Source: a virus. From it: 64,000 bases of DNA. The notes beneath the pieces are model-generated. The model saw nothing but the letters and a program-made list of their open reading frames with translations. It did not search any database and was not told the origin of the DNA. This document shows positions 16,529 through 24,759 of this stretch, one piece after another. Made by a program: the position numbers and the translations under genes. The stretch's first letter is position 1. The number at the start of each line of letters is the position of its first letter. The stretch lies in IMG/VR virus record IMGVR_UViG_3300023265_000001. One strand, 5' to 3'.

Positions 16529-16864
16529 ATGAGCCTGAACTGGGACACCACCGCGTGCGTCGAGGACGTCACCAGCGAGGAGCACTGGAAGATCACCGAG
16601 GCCATCATCTGGGGCACCATGGCCGTGGACATGGGCCGGATCACCGAGGCGAACTACAAGAAGTTCGCCAAGCGGATCGACATGGTGCAGGGTCTGTACG
16701 GCGCGCTCTACCAGGTCTTCGAGGATGGGAAGGTCGTGGACCGCCCGGTCACCGAGGAAGACATCCGCCGGCGCATCGGTCTGAAGACCAATGTGACCAC
16801 GACCAGCGACGCCAAGTTCAACAAGCGGATGGCCGATGCGCTTCAGCGCAAGGGCCGGGCCTGA
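16529..16864 (+). CDS. array ORF 16, hypothetical protein (111 aa)
   Basis: ORF track; SD GAAGGGAAA; stop in SIR-15. Confidence 0.6.
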   Translation: MSLNWDTTACVEDVTSEEHWKITEAIIWGTMAVDMGRITEANYKKFAKRIDMVQGLYGALYQVFEDGKVVDRPVTEEDIRRRIGLKTNVTTTSDAKFNKRMADALQRKGRA

Positions 16865-16923
16865 CCGTACGGATGAGGGTGGGCGCCAGCACGCTGGCGT
16901 CGCGCCTCCGGCGTACGGGCCGG
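16861..16923 (+). repeat. SIR-15, family B
   Basis: Outer stem CCGTACG/CGTACGG; inner GCGCCAGC ac GCTGGCGT. Confidence 0.85.
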
Positions 16924-16942
16924 AACGACGAAGGGAAGCAAG

Positions 16943-17230
16943 ATGCAGCGAGACAACCTGGCTATCGCGGTGTCCTACGAGGGTGAGCGGGAGGTTGACA
17001 GCGGCGGTGTGAGCAAGCTGGCCGAGCTGTACCGCCAGATGCAGTACGGCGCGGACATCCGGATCCTGAGCGTGGCCGCGCTGGACGAGGGCGGGGTGCT
17101 GGTGCCGGTGAAGCACGAGATGCTGCCCTACACCTTCGACGACAACTCGATGGCCTACCCGGTCGTCAAGGTGACCATGCCGGACGGCCTGGCCGAGTGG
17201 GCGACCTTTTCGCTGGACGGCCGCGCCTAA
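16943..17230 (+). CDS. array ORF 17, hypothetical protein (95 aa)
   Basis: ORF track; SD GAAGGGAAG; TAA stop abuts SIR-16. Confidence 0.6.
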   Translation: MQRDNLAIAVSYEGEREVDSGGVSKLAELYRQMQYGADIRILSVAALDEGGVLVPVKHEMLPYTFDDNSMAYPVVKVTMPDGLAEWATFSLDGRA

Positions 17231-17288
17231 TCGTGCGCTGATGGTGGCGCCCGGCTTCGGCCGGGCGTTGCCACCGTCGCATGACGGA
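17228..17288 (+). repeat. SIR-16, family C
   Basis: Outer stem CGTGCG/CGCATG; CTGATGG; inner GGTGGCGCCCGGC ttcg GCCGGGCGttGCCACC; followed by a promoter. Confidence 0.85.
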
Positions 17289-17306
17289 CACACTGTCACG
17301 ACCAAC

Positions 17307-17335
17307 TTGACAGTGGGGTTGAGATGCACTACGTT
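17307..17335 (+). promoter_or_regulatory. promoter module copy 2
   Basis: CACTGTCA..TGACAGTG inverted repeat over -35; TTGACA 17307-12, 17-nt spacer, TACGTT 17330-35; then TCTCAGCAGGGAAAAC. Confidence 0.65.
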
Positions 17336-17371
17336 GGGTCTCAGCAGGGAAAACGACACACGGAGGTCACC

Positions 17372-17785
17372 ATGGGGAAGCTGCTCGCATCCAAGTTCCT
17401 GGAGCAGGTCATTCACCAGATGCCGGAGGACGTACTGGCCAACTACGGCAACTGCAGCGTGCCGGAGTCACACGAAAGCCCTGGTGCTCGGTTCCTCAAC
17501 GGAGCACGTCAAGGCTTCCTGCAGATTCTGGATCAGTACAACGGCGAGAGCCGGCAGGAGACCCAGGACAAGGTCTGGGGCGTGGCTGCGGAATGCCCGG
17601 CTGGAGTCATCAGCCTGCTTTGGGAGCAGTTCGCCGACCTGCACGCCTACCGCGAGGACATCGAAATGGAGATGCGCTCGCTGAACGACATGGCGCACAT
17701 CGCGTTGCAGCAGATCGCCGAGCGCGTCATCCAGGACCTGCTCAACGAGTGGTTCGACCAGCTCGAAGCGCCCGAATACTACTGA
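17372..17785 (+). CDS. array ORF 18, hypothetical protein (137 aa)
   Basis: ATG 17372 after CGGAGG; stop in SIR-17. Confidence 0.6.
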   Translation: MGKLLASKFLEQVIHQMPEDVLANYGNCSVPESHESPGARFLNGARQGFLQILDQYNGESRQETQDKVWGVAAECPAGVISLLWEQFADLHAYREDIEMEMRSLNDMAHIALQQIAERVIQDLLNEWFDQLEAPEYY

Positions 17786-17841
17786 CGTACGGATGATGGT
17801 GCGGCCCGGGTGACCGGGCCGATGCCACCGCTGTACGGCGG
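17782..17841 (+). repeat. SIR-17, family C
   Basis: Outer stem CGTACGG/CTGTACG (7 bp incl. one G-U); ATGATGG; inner GGCCCGG gtga CCGGGCC. Confidence 0.85.
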
Positions 17842-17863
17842 AACGATCGAGAGTGAGGCAGGC

Positions 17864-18157
17864 ATGACAACCTCTTACGTGCTGACGGTTCGGCACCCCG
17901 ACTACGGCAACGAGTACACAGTCGACGGCGACGTGCATGTCGTCGACATCGACCTGGGCAACGGATTCTTCGTGCGGCCCGGCGACTACGAGACCGCGAT
18001 GGACTTCGCGCTCTCCGTCGACAGGCTGTCGGACGTGCCGATCACCTCCCCGGTCTTCTCGGCCGGGCTGGCCATCTTCAGGGAGGCGCTGAGGGACTGG
18101 GACAACGTGCTGCCGATCATCGACGAGTACGAGCAGGAGCGCTGCCGCGTCGCCTGA
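17864..18157 (+). CDS. array ORF 19, hypothetical acidic protein (97 aa)
   Basis: ATG 17864 after GAGTGAGGCAGGC; stop in SIR-18. Confidence 0.6.
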   Translation: MTTSYVLTVRHPDYGNEYTVDGDVHVVDIDLGNGFFVRPGDYETAMDFALSVDRLSDVPITSPVFSAGLAIFREALRDWDNVLPIIDEYEQERCRVA

Positions 18158-18214
18158 TCCGTGCGCTGATGGTGCGGCCCGGTCATCCGGGCCGCCGCCA
18201 CCGCCGCACGGCGG
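18154..18214 (+). repeat. SIR-18, family C
   Basis: Outer stem CGTGCG/CGCACG; inner GGCCCGG tcat CCGGGCC. Confidence 0.85.
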
Positions 18215-18233
18215 AACGATCGAGGGAGCAACC

Positions 18234-18683
18234 ATGGTCAGGTACTGCGAGGACAAGCTGGTCGACGAGCACGGTGACAAGCAGGAGGACATCACCTGCC
18301 CCGGCCACCTCAGCAAGTTCGACGACTGCGTCCAGGAGGCGCTGTGGGAGCTGGTGCTGGACAACGGCGGCGAGCTGCAGACGGGGACCGACGACTTCGA
18401 GGGCACCTTCACGCTCTTCAACTTCGCCGACGAAGAGGCGGTGGAGATCAACCCGGATGGTGTCGACGCCCGCTGGGTGATGGTGCCGGAGGGCTACTAC
18501 ATCCTGCAGACCACCAGCGGCGGGTTCGTCTACACGCTGAAGTACGAGACCTACCGCGAGGCGCGGGAGGCGTACGAGGTGGCCGACGACCGCTACAGCC
18601 GCTGGGAGAAGGGGTGCGAGCAGACCGGGCACGAGGTCTGCGAGACCGAAGACGAATGCCAGCTGGGTGGAATCCCCGCCTGA
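18234..18683 (+). CDS. array ORF 20, hypothetical acidic Cys-containing protein (149 aa)
   Basis: ORF track; SD GAGGGAG. Confidence 0.6.
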   Translation: MVRYCEDKLVDEHGDKQEDITCPGHLSKFDDCVQEALWELVLDNGGELQTGTDDFEGTFTLFNFADEEAVEINPDGVDARWVMVPEGYYILQTTSGGFVYTLKYETYREAREAYEVADDRYSRWEKGCEQTGHEVCETEDECQLGGIPA

Positions 18684-18713
18684 CGCCGGCAAGGATGCGA
18701 GAAGGAGAGGGCG

Positions 18714-18902
18714 ATGCCTGAAGACCACTACGACCTGCTGCACCGCACGCTGGGCGGCGGGCTGAACGATCGCCAGCACGGCGCGGTGTACGGGCTGGCC
18801 TACCAGTTCGGCCACAGCGCCGGGGAGGACGAGGTCAGGGTCTACTACGAGGACCTGGCGGACATGGCCCGAGCGGTCATCGACGCCAACGACGAGCGCT
18901 GA
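18714..18902 (+). CDS. array ORF 21, hypothetical protein (62 aa)
   Basis: ORF track; SD GAAGGAGAGGG; its last codons form the 5' strand of the SIR-19 outer stem. Confidence 0.55.
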   Translation: MPEDHYDLLHRTLGGGLNDRQHGAVYGLAYQFGHSAGEDEVRVYYEDLADMARAVIDANDER

Positions 18903-18948
18903 TGGTGCGGCCCGGCATGTCCGGGCCGACGCCACCGCCGCTCGGCGG
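18893..18948 (+). repeat. SIR-19, family C
   Basis: Outer stem CGAGCG/CGCTCG; upstream ORF stops at the second TGA (gcgcTGAtgg); inner GGCCCGG catgt CCGGGCC. Confidence 0.85.
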
Positions 18949-18970
18949 AACGAGACACAGGGAGCACCGA

Positions 18971-19546
18971 ATGCGCACTATCACGGCAGATGATTTCGAC
19001 GTCTACACCCTGGACGAGCTGGAGCCGGAAGCACGGCTTCGGGCCATCGGCGAGGTCGCCGAGAAGCTGGGCAGCACCTGGTGGGACAGCAACGACAACG
19101 ACGACATCAGCGACGTCATGCGCTACACCCTGGCCAACAAGTTCGGCACTCCTGGTCACGGTGACTTCGGCGTCGGCGACTTCCCCGGCATCACGGGAGT
19201 CACGCTGCAGAGCTGGGACCTGGACCGGGGCAACTACATCGGGCTGACGGGTGTCCTGACCCGCGAGAACGCGCCCGCCCTGCCCTGGACGGACGGCGTC
19301 GAGCAGGTGGCACTGCGAGAGGGCAACGAGTACACGTCGATCGACGTCGAGTTCGACGACATGCTGGCCGAGCCGGACATGGAGCTGGCCAACGACCAGA
19401 TGACCGAGGCGATCACCGACGCGATGCACGAGGCGCTGCGCGACGGCCGGGCCGAGATGGAATACAAGACCGGTGAGGAGTACGCCGCCGGTTTCATCGA
19501 GGGCAACGGTCTGGAGTTCCTGGAGGACGGCACGCAGTACCCCTGA
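18971..19546 (+). CDS. array ORF 22, hypothetical strongly acidic protein (191 aa)
   Basis: ATG 18971 after AGGGAG; stop in SIR-20. Confidence 0.6.
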   Translation: MRTITADDFDVYTLDELEPEARLRAIGEVAEKLGSTWWDSNDNDDISDVMRYTLANKFGTPGHGDFGVGDFPGITGVTLQSWDLDRGNYIGLTGVLTRENAPALPWTDGVEQVALREGNEYTSIDVEFDDMLAEPDMELANDQMTEAITDAMHEALRDGRAEMEYKTGEEYAAGFIEGNGLEFLEDGTQYP

Positions 19547-19603
19547 TCGAGCGCTGATGGTGGCGCCCGGCTCCGGCCGGGCGTTGCCACCGCCGCTCGG
19601 CGG
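19543..19603 (+). repeat. SIR-20, family C
   Basis: Outer stem CGAGCG/CGCTCG; inner as SIR-16 (loop tccg). Confidence 0.85.
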
Positions 19604-19624
19604 AACGGGACACAAGGAGTGGAC

Positions 19625-19918
19625 ATGGCAGGCATGAAGCAGCTGATGACGGCGATCGAGGAGATGGCGGAGACGCTGGCCAACAGCGACACCGCGCTGG
19701 CGCACCTGACGTGCCGCGAGGTGGGCTCAATCGTGGACGTGCTGGTGTTGTCGGGCTTGGAGCAGCACGTCGGCGGTGTCCTCATGGGGCACGCCTACGG
19801 CGACAGCGGCACGGGCGACACGCACCACGATCTGTACCAGTCAGACGAGCGGGGCAACGAGGACGAGCTGGTGGACGGTTACATCGAGGCCGCGAAGCAG
19901 CGACTCGGCGTGCGCTGA
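19625..19918 (+). CDS. array ORF 23, hypothetical protein (97 aa)
   Basis: ATG 19625 8 nt after AAGGAG (GTG 19619 alternative); stops at second TGA of SIR-21. Confidence 0.6.
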   Translation: MAGMKQLMTAIEEMAETLANSDTALAHLTCREVGSIVDVLVLSGLEQHVGGVLMGHAYGDSGTGDTHHDLYQSDERGNEDELVDGYIEAAKQRLGVR

Positions 19919-19964
19919 TGGTGCGGCCCGGCATGTCCGGGCCGACGCCACCGCCGCACGGCGG
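19909..19964 (+). repeat. SIR-21, family C
   Basis: Outer stem CGTGCG/CGCACG; core identical to SIR-19. Confidence 0.85.
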
Positions 19965-19990
19965 AATCCCGAGCAGGAAGTGAGACCACC

Positions 19991-20353
19991 ATGAAGCAGG
20001 AACTCAAAGGTCAGGCCCGCCTGGACCCGAACGCCGCCGAGTACGAAGAGGCCATCGGGGGCGGGCTCAGCGCCGAGAGCACCGTGGCGCTGGGGTGGCC
20101 CACGGAGGACATCAACCCCAGCGACACCCCGGCCGAGGCAATCGAGCGGTTGTGCAACTACAAGGCCGGGATCGCAGCGCGGGCGCTGGCCGAGTACGCC
20201 CGGCTCACCGGCGGGCAGGGCGAGTCCATCCGAACCAACGCGGGTGACTTCGTCACGGACCTGATGCACCTGCTCGACGCCCTGGAGGTCGAGTTCTACG
20301 AGATCGCCGACTACGGCTACGACAACCACGCGGCAGAGCAGACCGAGCAGTGA
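19991..20353 (+). CDS. array ORF 24, hypothetical acidic protein (120 aa)
   Basis: ORF track; SD GGAAGTGAG; stops at TGATGG of SIR-22. Confidence 0.6.
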   Translation: MKQELKGQARLDPNAAEYEEAIGGGLSAESTVALGWPTEDINPSDTPAEAIERLCNYKAGIAARALAEYARLTGGQGESIRTNAGDFVTDLMHLLDALEVEFYEIADYGYDNHAAEQTEQ

Positions 20354-20399
20354 TGGTGGCGGCCGGGCATCCCGGCCGCACGCCACCGCCGCTCGGCGG
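20343..20399 (+). repeat. SIR-22, family C
   Basis: Outer stem CCGAGC/GCTCGG (5' strand coding); inner GGCGGCCGGG catc CCGGCCGC. Confidence 0.85.
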
Positions 20400-20423
20400 G
20401 ACGAACGCTACGAACGGAGCGGC

Positions 20424-20810
20424 ATGGACATCAAGACCCTGAGCGACAGCGACCTCTACGCCCTGATGACCGACATCCAGAACGAGCTGCGGCACCGTAC
20501 CGAGGTGCAGGCCGCAACCTCTCTGATCGGCGTGCTGCAGGCCAACCAGTACACGGCCGCCTTCGCCCCGCTGGCCAAGGCGATCAGCTTCGGCTCCAAG
20601 GAGTACGACAACGGGTTCTTCTACGACTCGGCGCAGGCCGAGCTGACTCTCGGCAGCGGAACGAGGGTGCAGGTCGACCTGTCGGACATCAGCGAGGTCG
20701 AGGAGCTGCTCACCGACCTGAGCGACTCCGAACGGCGCGAGTACGGCTCGCTGTTCGAGACGAGCAGCGTTCGGATCGACCTGCGCACCGGCGAGGTCGT
20801 GCACCGCTGA
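20424..20810 (+). CDS. array ORF 25, hypothetical protein (128 aa)
   Basis: ORF track; SD GGAGCGGC; stop abuts SIR-23. Confidence 0.6.
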   Translation: MDIKTLSDSDLYALMTDIQNELRHRTEVQAATSLIGVLQANQYTAAFAPLAKAISFGSKEYDNGFFYDSAQAELTLGSGTRVQVDLSDISEVEELLTDLSDSERREYGSLFETSSVRIDLRTGEVVHR

Positions 20811-20867
20811 CGTGCACCGATGGTGCGGCCCGGCTACGGCCGGGCCGACGCCACCGCTGCACGGCGG
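20808..20867 (+). repeat. SIR-23, family C
   Basis: Outer stem CGTGCA/TGCACG; inner GGCCCGGC tac GGCCGGGCC. Confidence 0.85.
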
Positions 20868-20887
20868 AAGAGACCAGGGAGAATGCG

Positions 20888-21259
20888 ATGACCAATCAGA
20901 TCGAGACCTACTACTTCGTCACCAGGGCAGGCGTCGAGTTCGCCGCGATGGCTATCCCCGCCAGCATCCAGGGGCCGAACGCTCGGCGGGCGCCGGCCGG
21001 CAGAGGCCAGGCTTCCGTCGAGTTCTACGACATGCGCTTCCCGAGCTGTGCCCGCGAGGGCGAGCCTGGCCAGTACGTGGCCAGCTACCGCCTCGACACC
21101 ATCGTGGGCAGCCCTGACGCGCTCGATGCAGGCGACTTCGATGGCACCACAGCGTTGATGCTGTCGGGCGACGAGCCGGACTGGATCATCGACGCCGCGA
21201 GCATGTTGGATGTCTCGACGTGGCTTGCCACGATCAAGGCGAATCGCTGGCTGGAATAG
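20888..21259 (+). CDS. array ORF 26, hypothetical protein (123 aa)
   Basis: ORF track; SD AGGGAGAA. Confidence 0.6.
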   Translation: MTNQIETYYFVTRAGVEFAAMAIPASIQGPNARRAPAGRGQASVEFYDMRFPSCAREGEPGQYVASYRLDTIVGSPDALDAGDFDGTTALMLSGDEPDWIIDAASMLDVSTWLATIKANRWLE

Positions 21260-21289
21260 ATCCAGCCAGACTGACGATAGGAGCCAGGT

Positions 21290-21700
21290 ATGAGCACTCC
21301 CCCTGCGGAGCCGGAGCCGGAACGCACGATCAGCGAGATCGTGTACGGCAAGGTCGAGGGCATCGACGCCACCGAGGATGAGCAGGAGCGCCTGAAGGAC
21401 TTCCTGCGCACCAACCCGACGCTGCGCCTGTCGAACCTGATCCGGGTGTGGTTCCCCGACCTGGCCGCCGAGGTGGCGGCCGAGGCCGAGAACTACGACA
21501 CCAGCGGCGACCCGAACTACACGGTGCGCGGCGAGGCCGTAGGCGAGACTCAGCAGGCGGAGGGGCTGAACCGGGGTGACGCCTGGGTCGCCCGTTTCGT
21601 CGGCGACTACATCGGCCAGGCGCTGCGCGAGGTGGATGCGCGAGAGCTGGCGAACGAGCACTATCGCCTGCGGATGCAGGAAGGGCAGCTGCAGGGCTGA
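21290..21700 (+). CDS. array ORF 27, hypothetical acidic protein (136 aa)
   Basis: ORF track; SD TAGGAG; stop abuts SIR-24. Confidence 0.6.
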   Translation: MSTPPAEPEPERTISEIVYGKVEGIDATEDEQERLKDFLRTNPTLRLSNLIRVWFPDLAAEVAAEAENYDTSGDPNYTVRGEAVGETQQAEGLNRGDAWVARFVGDYIGQALREVDARELANEHYRLRMQEGQLQG

Positions 21701-21758
21701 CGTGCGCTGACGGGACCGCCCAGCGAGGGGGCTGGGCGGTGCCACCGTCGCACGACGG
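21698..21758 (+). repeat. SIR-24, family C variant
   Basis: Outer stem CGTGCG/CGCACG; CTGACGG; inner ACCGCCCAGC gaggg GCTGGGCGGT; followed by a promoter. Confidence 0.8.
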
Positions 21759-21777
21759 ACCCAGTGTCACGGCCTAC

Positions 21778-21806
21778 TTGACACTGGGTTTGAGGTGCAC
21801 TACGGT
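21778..21806 (+). promoter_or_regulatory. promoter module copy 3
   Basis: CCAGTGTCA n9 TGACACTGG inverted repeat over -35; TTGACA 21778-83, 17-nt spacer, TACGGT 21801-06; then TCTCAGCAGGGAAAAC. Confidence 0.65.
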
Positions 21807-21840
21807 GTGTCTCAGCAGGGAAAACAACAAGGAGGAACGG

Positions 21841-22017
21841 ATGATCTACAACGTGCGACACAGCGTCGTGCACCTCGTCGAGGCGCAGTCGCCGGAGGCG
21901 GCTATCGCGGCATTGCGCGACAGCCTGCTGCGAGCCGGGTTCGAGCCCTTCACCGACGAGGCCACCGACGCCTTCGAGACCGTCGACCAGGACGCCACCG
22001 CCGATTCGCTGCCCTGA
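21841..22017 (+). CDS. array ORF 28, hypothetical acidic protein (58 aa)
   Basis: ATG 21841 after AAGGAGGAA; stop in SIR-25. Confidence 0.55.
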   Translation: MIYNVRHSVVHLVEAQSPEAAIAALRDSLLRAGFEPFTDEATDAFETVDQDATADSLP

Positions 22018-22074
22018 CCGAGCACCGATGGTGCGGCCCGGCATGTCCGGGCCGACGCCACCGCCGCTCGGCGG
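22015..22074 (+). repeat. SIR-25, family C
   Basis: Outer stem CCGAGC/GCTCGG; core identical to SIR-19/21. Confidence 0.85.
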
Positions 22075-22096
22075 AACCCCAAACGAACGGAGCAAC

Positions 22097-22549
22097 ATGA
22101 ACGACATCGACACCCGGCCCGGCCTGTGGCTGTTGACCAGCCAGCGCCGCCCCCACATCGTCATCGACACTAGGACCGGCCAGCCGGTCAGCAAGGGCGA
22201 CGAGATCACGTCGTTCCGTGGCGAGAAGAGCACACTGCAGTCCGTCTCCCGAGGCCCGCAGTACAACGGCACCTCGAAAGTCACCAACGCCAAGGGTTGG
22301 GAGTATTACGACTCGGTGTACGAGCTGCTCGTCCTGCCCCTGATCGAGGTCGGCGAGCTGTACCGTCTCGACATCTACAACCGGGAAGACATGATCCGGA
22401 AGTACCACTTCGTCCAGATCACCGACATCGCCGAGGACCGTACGGTCACGGCGTACGAGGTGGACGACGACGGCGGGCCGACTTCCAACGAGATCACCTT
22501 CCGCTGGGACGACGTCTACATCGCGGACCTGTACGCAGACGTGTGCTGA
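22097..22549 (+). CDS. array ORF 29, hypothetical protein (150 aa)
   Basis: ATG 22097 after ACGGAGCAAC; stops at TGATGG of SIR-26. Confidence 0.6.
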   Translation: MNDIDTRPGLWLLTSQRRPHIVIDTRTGQPVSKGDEITSFRGEKSTLQSVSRGPQYNGTSKVTNAKGWEYYDSVYELLVLPLIEVGELYRLDIYNREDMIRKYHFVQITDIAEDRTVTAYEVDDDGGPTSNEITFRWDDVYIADLYADVC

Positions 22550-22595
22550 TGGTGGCGGCCGGGCTTCCCGGCCGCACGCCACCGCCACACGGCGG
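22541..22595 (+). repeat. SIR-26, family C
   Basis: Outer stem GTGTG/CACAC (5' strand coding); inner as SIR-22. Confidence 0.8.
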
Positions 22596-22622
22596 AACCT
22601 ACGAGCGAGAGTGAGACCCCCT

Positions 22623-22802
22623 ATGAGCACCCCGAAGCAGACCAAGACGATCGGTTCGGTCGTGGCCAGCCTCATCGCCGGCAAGCCGGCCGGGCCGGGC
22701 GCCCCGGACCGCTACAACGGCAAGCACCGCCGGACCCGCAAGCTGCTCCCGGGCACCTCTGGCCGGCCGACGGACAACCCGCCGCCGCCGGCCGCGGCCT
22801 GA
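22623..22802 (+). CDS. array ORF 30, small basic Pro-rich protein (59 aa)
   Basis: ATG 22623 within ORF 22611..22802; SD GAGAGTGAG. Confidence 0.45.
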   Translation: MSTPKQTKTIGSVVASLIAGKPAGPGAPDRYNGKHRRTRKLLPGTSGRPTDNPPPPAAA

Positions 22803-22862
22803 CGACGCACCGGCCAGCCTTCGGGTTGGCCACGTGCTGCTGACCCGCACGTCAAGTACGGC

Positions 22863-22891
22863 TTGACGCAGTCAGTGTCAACTGCTACCTT
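22863..22891 (+). promoter_or_regulatory. sigma70-type promoter with GTCAAG-n5-CTTGAC palindrome
   Basis: GTCAAGtacggCTTGAC 22851-67; TTGACG 22863-68, 17-nt spacer, TACCTT 22886-91. Confidence 0.55.
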
Positions 22892-22898
22892 GAGTTCA

Positions 22899-22957
22899 CC
22901 GCAAGGGAGATGGTGGCCGCCGGTTACGACCGGCGGCGCGCCACCGCCGTGCGGCGG
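22899..22957 (+). repeat. SIR-27, family C (here downstream of a promoter, in a 5' leader)
   Basis: Outer stem CCGCA/TGCGG; GATGGTGGCCGCCGG ttacga CCGGCGGCgcGCCACC. Confidence 0.75.
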
Positions 22958-22989
22958 AGGGAAAACCCCTTAAACGAAGGAGATCCACC

Positions 22990-23199
22990 ATGAACGTCTA
23001 CGCCGTGAGCTTCAAGGGCCGCTCGACCCGCCGCGCCGATGGTGCACAGGGCCGCGAGACCCGCACCATCGAGGCCCTGGACATCCACGACGCCCGCTCA
23101 CTGGCCAGCGAGCTGGCTGCCGCCGGCCTGAAGCTGGACGGGGTGGTGTGCGACGAGGTGAACGTGGCCAACGTCGTCAAGGTCAAGGTCAAGTACTGA
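22990..23199 (+). CDS. array ORF 31, hypothetical protein (69 aa)
   Basis: ORF track; SD GAAGGAGA; stop in SIR-28. Confidence 0.6.
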   Translation: MNVYAVSFKGRSTRRADGAQGRETRTIEALDIHDARSLASELAAAGLKLDGVVCDEVNVANVVKVKVKY

Positions 23200-23256
23200 T
23201 CGTGCGCTGATGGTGGCGCCCGGCTTCGGCCGGGCGTTGCCACCGCCGCACGGCGG
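23196..23256 (+). repeat. SIR-28, family C
   Basis: Outer stem CGTGCG/CGCACG; core identical to SIR-16. Confidence 0.85.
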
Positions 23257-23279
23257 ACGAACGAAGGAGGACATGTCAG

Positions 23280-23708
23280 ATGGATTACCAGCACGGAAGC
23301 TTGCAGCAGTGGCGAGAGCAGGCCGAGCGTGCGCTGGCTGAGGCCGAGGCCGAGGTAGCCAGGGCGGCCAAGGGGCAGGCCATGTACGCGACCTGTCAGG
23401 CTTTCCCGGACGCCTTCACCGTGGTCTTCGCCGACCACCGGGGGCGCGAGATGGACGAACCGGTGGTCATCTCGCAGGTCCTCACCCGCAGCCGCCACGA
23501 CCTGCTCGCCGCGACTCGGCACGACAGCGGCCCCGAAGACCAGGCGGAGTGGGAGAAGCGCCAGCAGGAGCGCCTCCCGCTGGACGAGATCGCCGAGATG
23601 ATCACCCGGGCCTACGACATCGACCCGGAGCTGTTCCGGGACGCCAGGCGCCCCGAAGATCGCTTTCAGGCCTACGCGGAGCGCCGGTACGAGTTCGACG
23701 TGCACTGA
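23280..23708 (+). CDS. array ORF 32, hypothetical protein (142 aa)
   Basis: ORF track; SD GAAGGAGGA; last codons form 5' strand of SIR-29 outer stem. Confidence 0.6.
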   Translation: MDYQHGSLQQWREQAERALAEAEAEVARAAKGQAMYATCQAFPDAFTVVFADHRGREMDEPVVISQVLTRSRHDLLAATRHDSGPEDQAEWEKRQQERLPLDEIAEMITRAYDIDPELFRDARRPEDRFQAYAERRYEFDVH

Positions 23709-23754
23709 CGGTGGCGCCCGGCCCTGGCCGGGCGTTGCCACCGCTGCACGGCGG
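23700..23754 (+). repeat. SIR-29, family C
   Basis: Outer stem GTGCA/TGCAC; inner GGTGGCGCCCGGC cctg GCCGGGCGttGCCACC. Confidence 0.85.
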
Positions 23755-23773
23755 AGAAAACACAGGAGGAGCG

Positions 23774-24175
23774 ATGCCCGACATCACCAACGAAAGATTC
23801 ATGGCCCGGCCGGCGGCCGAGCGGCAGGAGGTGCTCCGGCTTCTGATGGCTGGCCAGCGCGGCGCCAACCTGGCCCTGGCTCGATTCCTGGCAGCCGACG
23901 CGGCGGCCCGGGTCCGCGAGATCCATGCGACGGCCACCGAGCTGCTCTTCGACGTGACCGAGGTCACGGAGCAGGGCAACGAGGGGCTCCTGGCTGACAC
24001 CGCCCTGGTCCTGGACCGGGACGGAAGGGTGCTGTTCGACGGAGCTACGGCGCCGGCGCACAGCTGCGAGGAGCTGTTCGAGGTGGAGTACCTGATCGCC
24101 GAAGCGGCCGACAACGGGCATCTGTTCGGCCAGAGCGGGTCGCGCTGGCGCCTGGACATCGAGGCGGGCGAATGA
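23774..24175 (+). CDS. array ORF 33, hypothetical protein (133 aa)
   Basis: ATG 23774 after CAGGAGGAG; in frame within ORF 23549..24175. Confidence 0.6.
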   Translation: MPDITNERFMARPAAERQEVLRLLMAGQRGANLALARFLAADAAARVREIHATATELLFDVTEVTEQGNEGLLADTALVLDRDGRVLFDGATAPAHSCEELFEVEYLIAEAADNGHLFGQSGSRWRLDIEAGE

Positions 24176-24759
24176 ACAAGGTCGCCATCACCGACCCGTC
24201 CGTGACCGTGATCTACGGGGTCACGGAGGACGACAACCCGCTCGACGCAGCGATGCGCATGATCGACGAGGCCAAGGTTCGCCCGGCGCACGACCGGCCC
24301 GGCTACTTCCACAACCAAGACCCCGGCGAGCACATCAACGTGCACACCCACCACGCGGACTCGCTGCCCGAGCAGTGGATGGAGATGGCCCCGCTCGGCG
24401 TGCAGAAGGCCGGCGACGTGGGCGGCGATGCGCAGGTCAGCGAGGCGTTCAGTCGGCGCTGGGTGATGCGCCGGCGCGTCGGCGACTGGGCGGTCTTCAC
24501 GGCCACCTTCTACGTCGCGCTGGTCCCCCCGAGCGCCGGGGCTGACCAGCCTCGCGTGGTCGAGGTCATGGAGGACTACGAGATCGCCGAAGACCTGCAC
24601 GACCTGGACGGCTCGCAGACCTTCGCCGAGACGCGGTACCGCGGCCTGGTGGGCGAGCCGACCGAGGAGCACGCCCGGCTGCTCGCAGAGCAGATGAACG
24701 CAGGGCGCGTCCAGTGGACGGGCTCCGAGTTCTACGGGCACTTCATCCCCCTGCGCTGA
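24172..24759 (+). CDS. array ORF 34, hypothetical protein (195 aa)
   Basis: ORF track; ATGA overlap with ORF 33; stops at TGATGG of SIR-30. Confidence 0.6.
   Translation: MNKVAITDPSVTVIYGVTEDDNPLDAAMRMIDEAKVRPAHDRPGYFHNQDPGEHINVHTHHADSLPEQWMEMAPLGVQKAGDVGGDAQVSEAFSRRWVMRRRVGDWAVFTATFYVALVPPSAGADQPRVVEVMEDYEIAEDLHDLDGSQTFAETRYRGLVGEPTEEHARLLAEQMNAGRVQWTGSEFYGHFIPLR

Noticed and set aside
15929-17416. 495-aa minus-strand ORF inside the array
   Set aside because: It is a shadow ORF spanning four SD-preceded + strand genes and three repeats, with implausible composition.
18900-22100. N-terminal extensions or leader peptides such as MVRPGMSGPTPPPLGGT read from the ATG inside TGATGG of family-C repeats
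   Set aside because: This arises from translating the hairpin. It is in frame with the downstream gene in only some copies (not at 19910), has no SD, and stop-free upstream extension is expected by chance in GC-rich DNA. The downstream ATGs have proper SDs.
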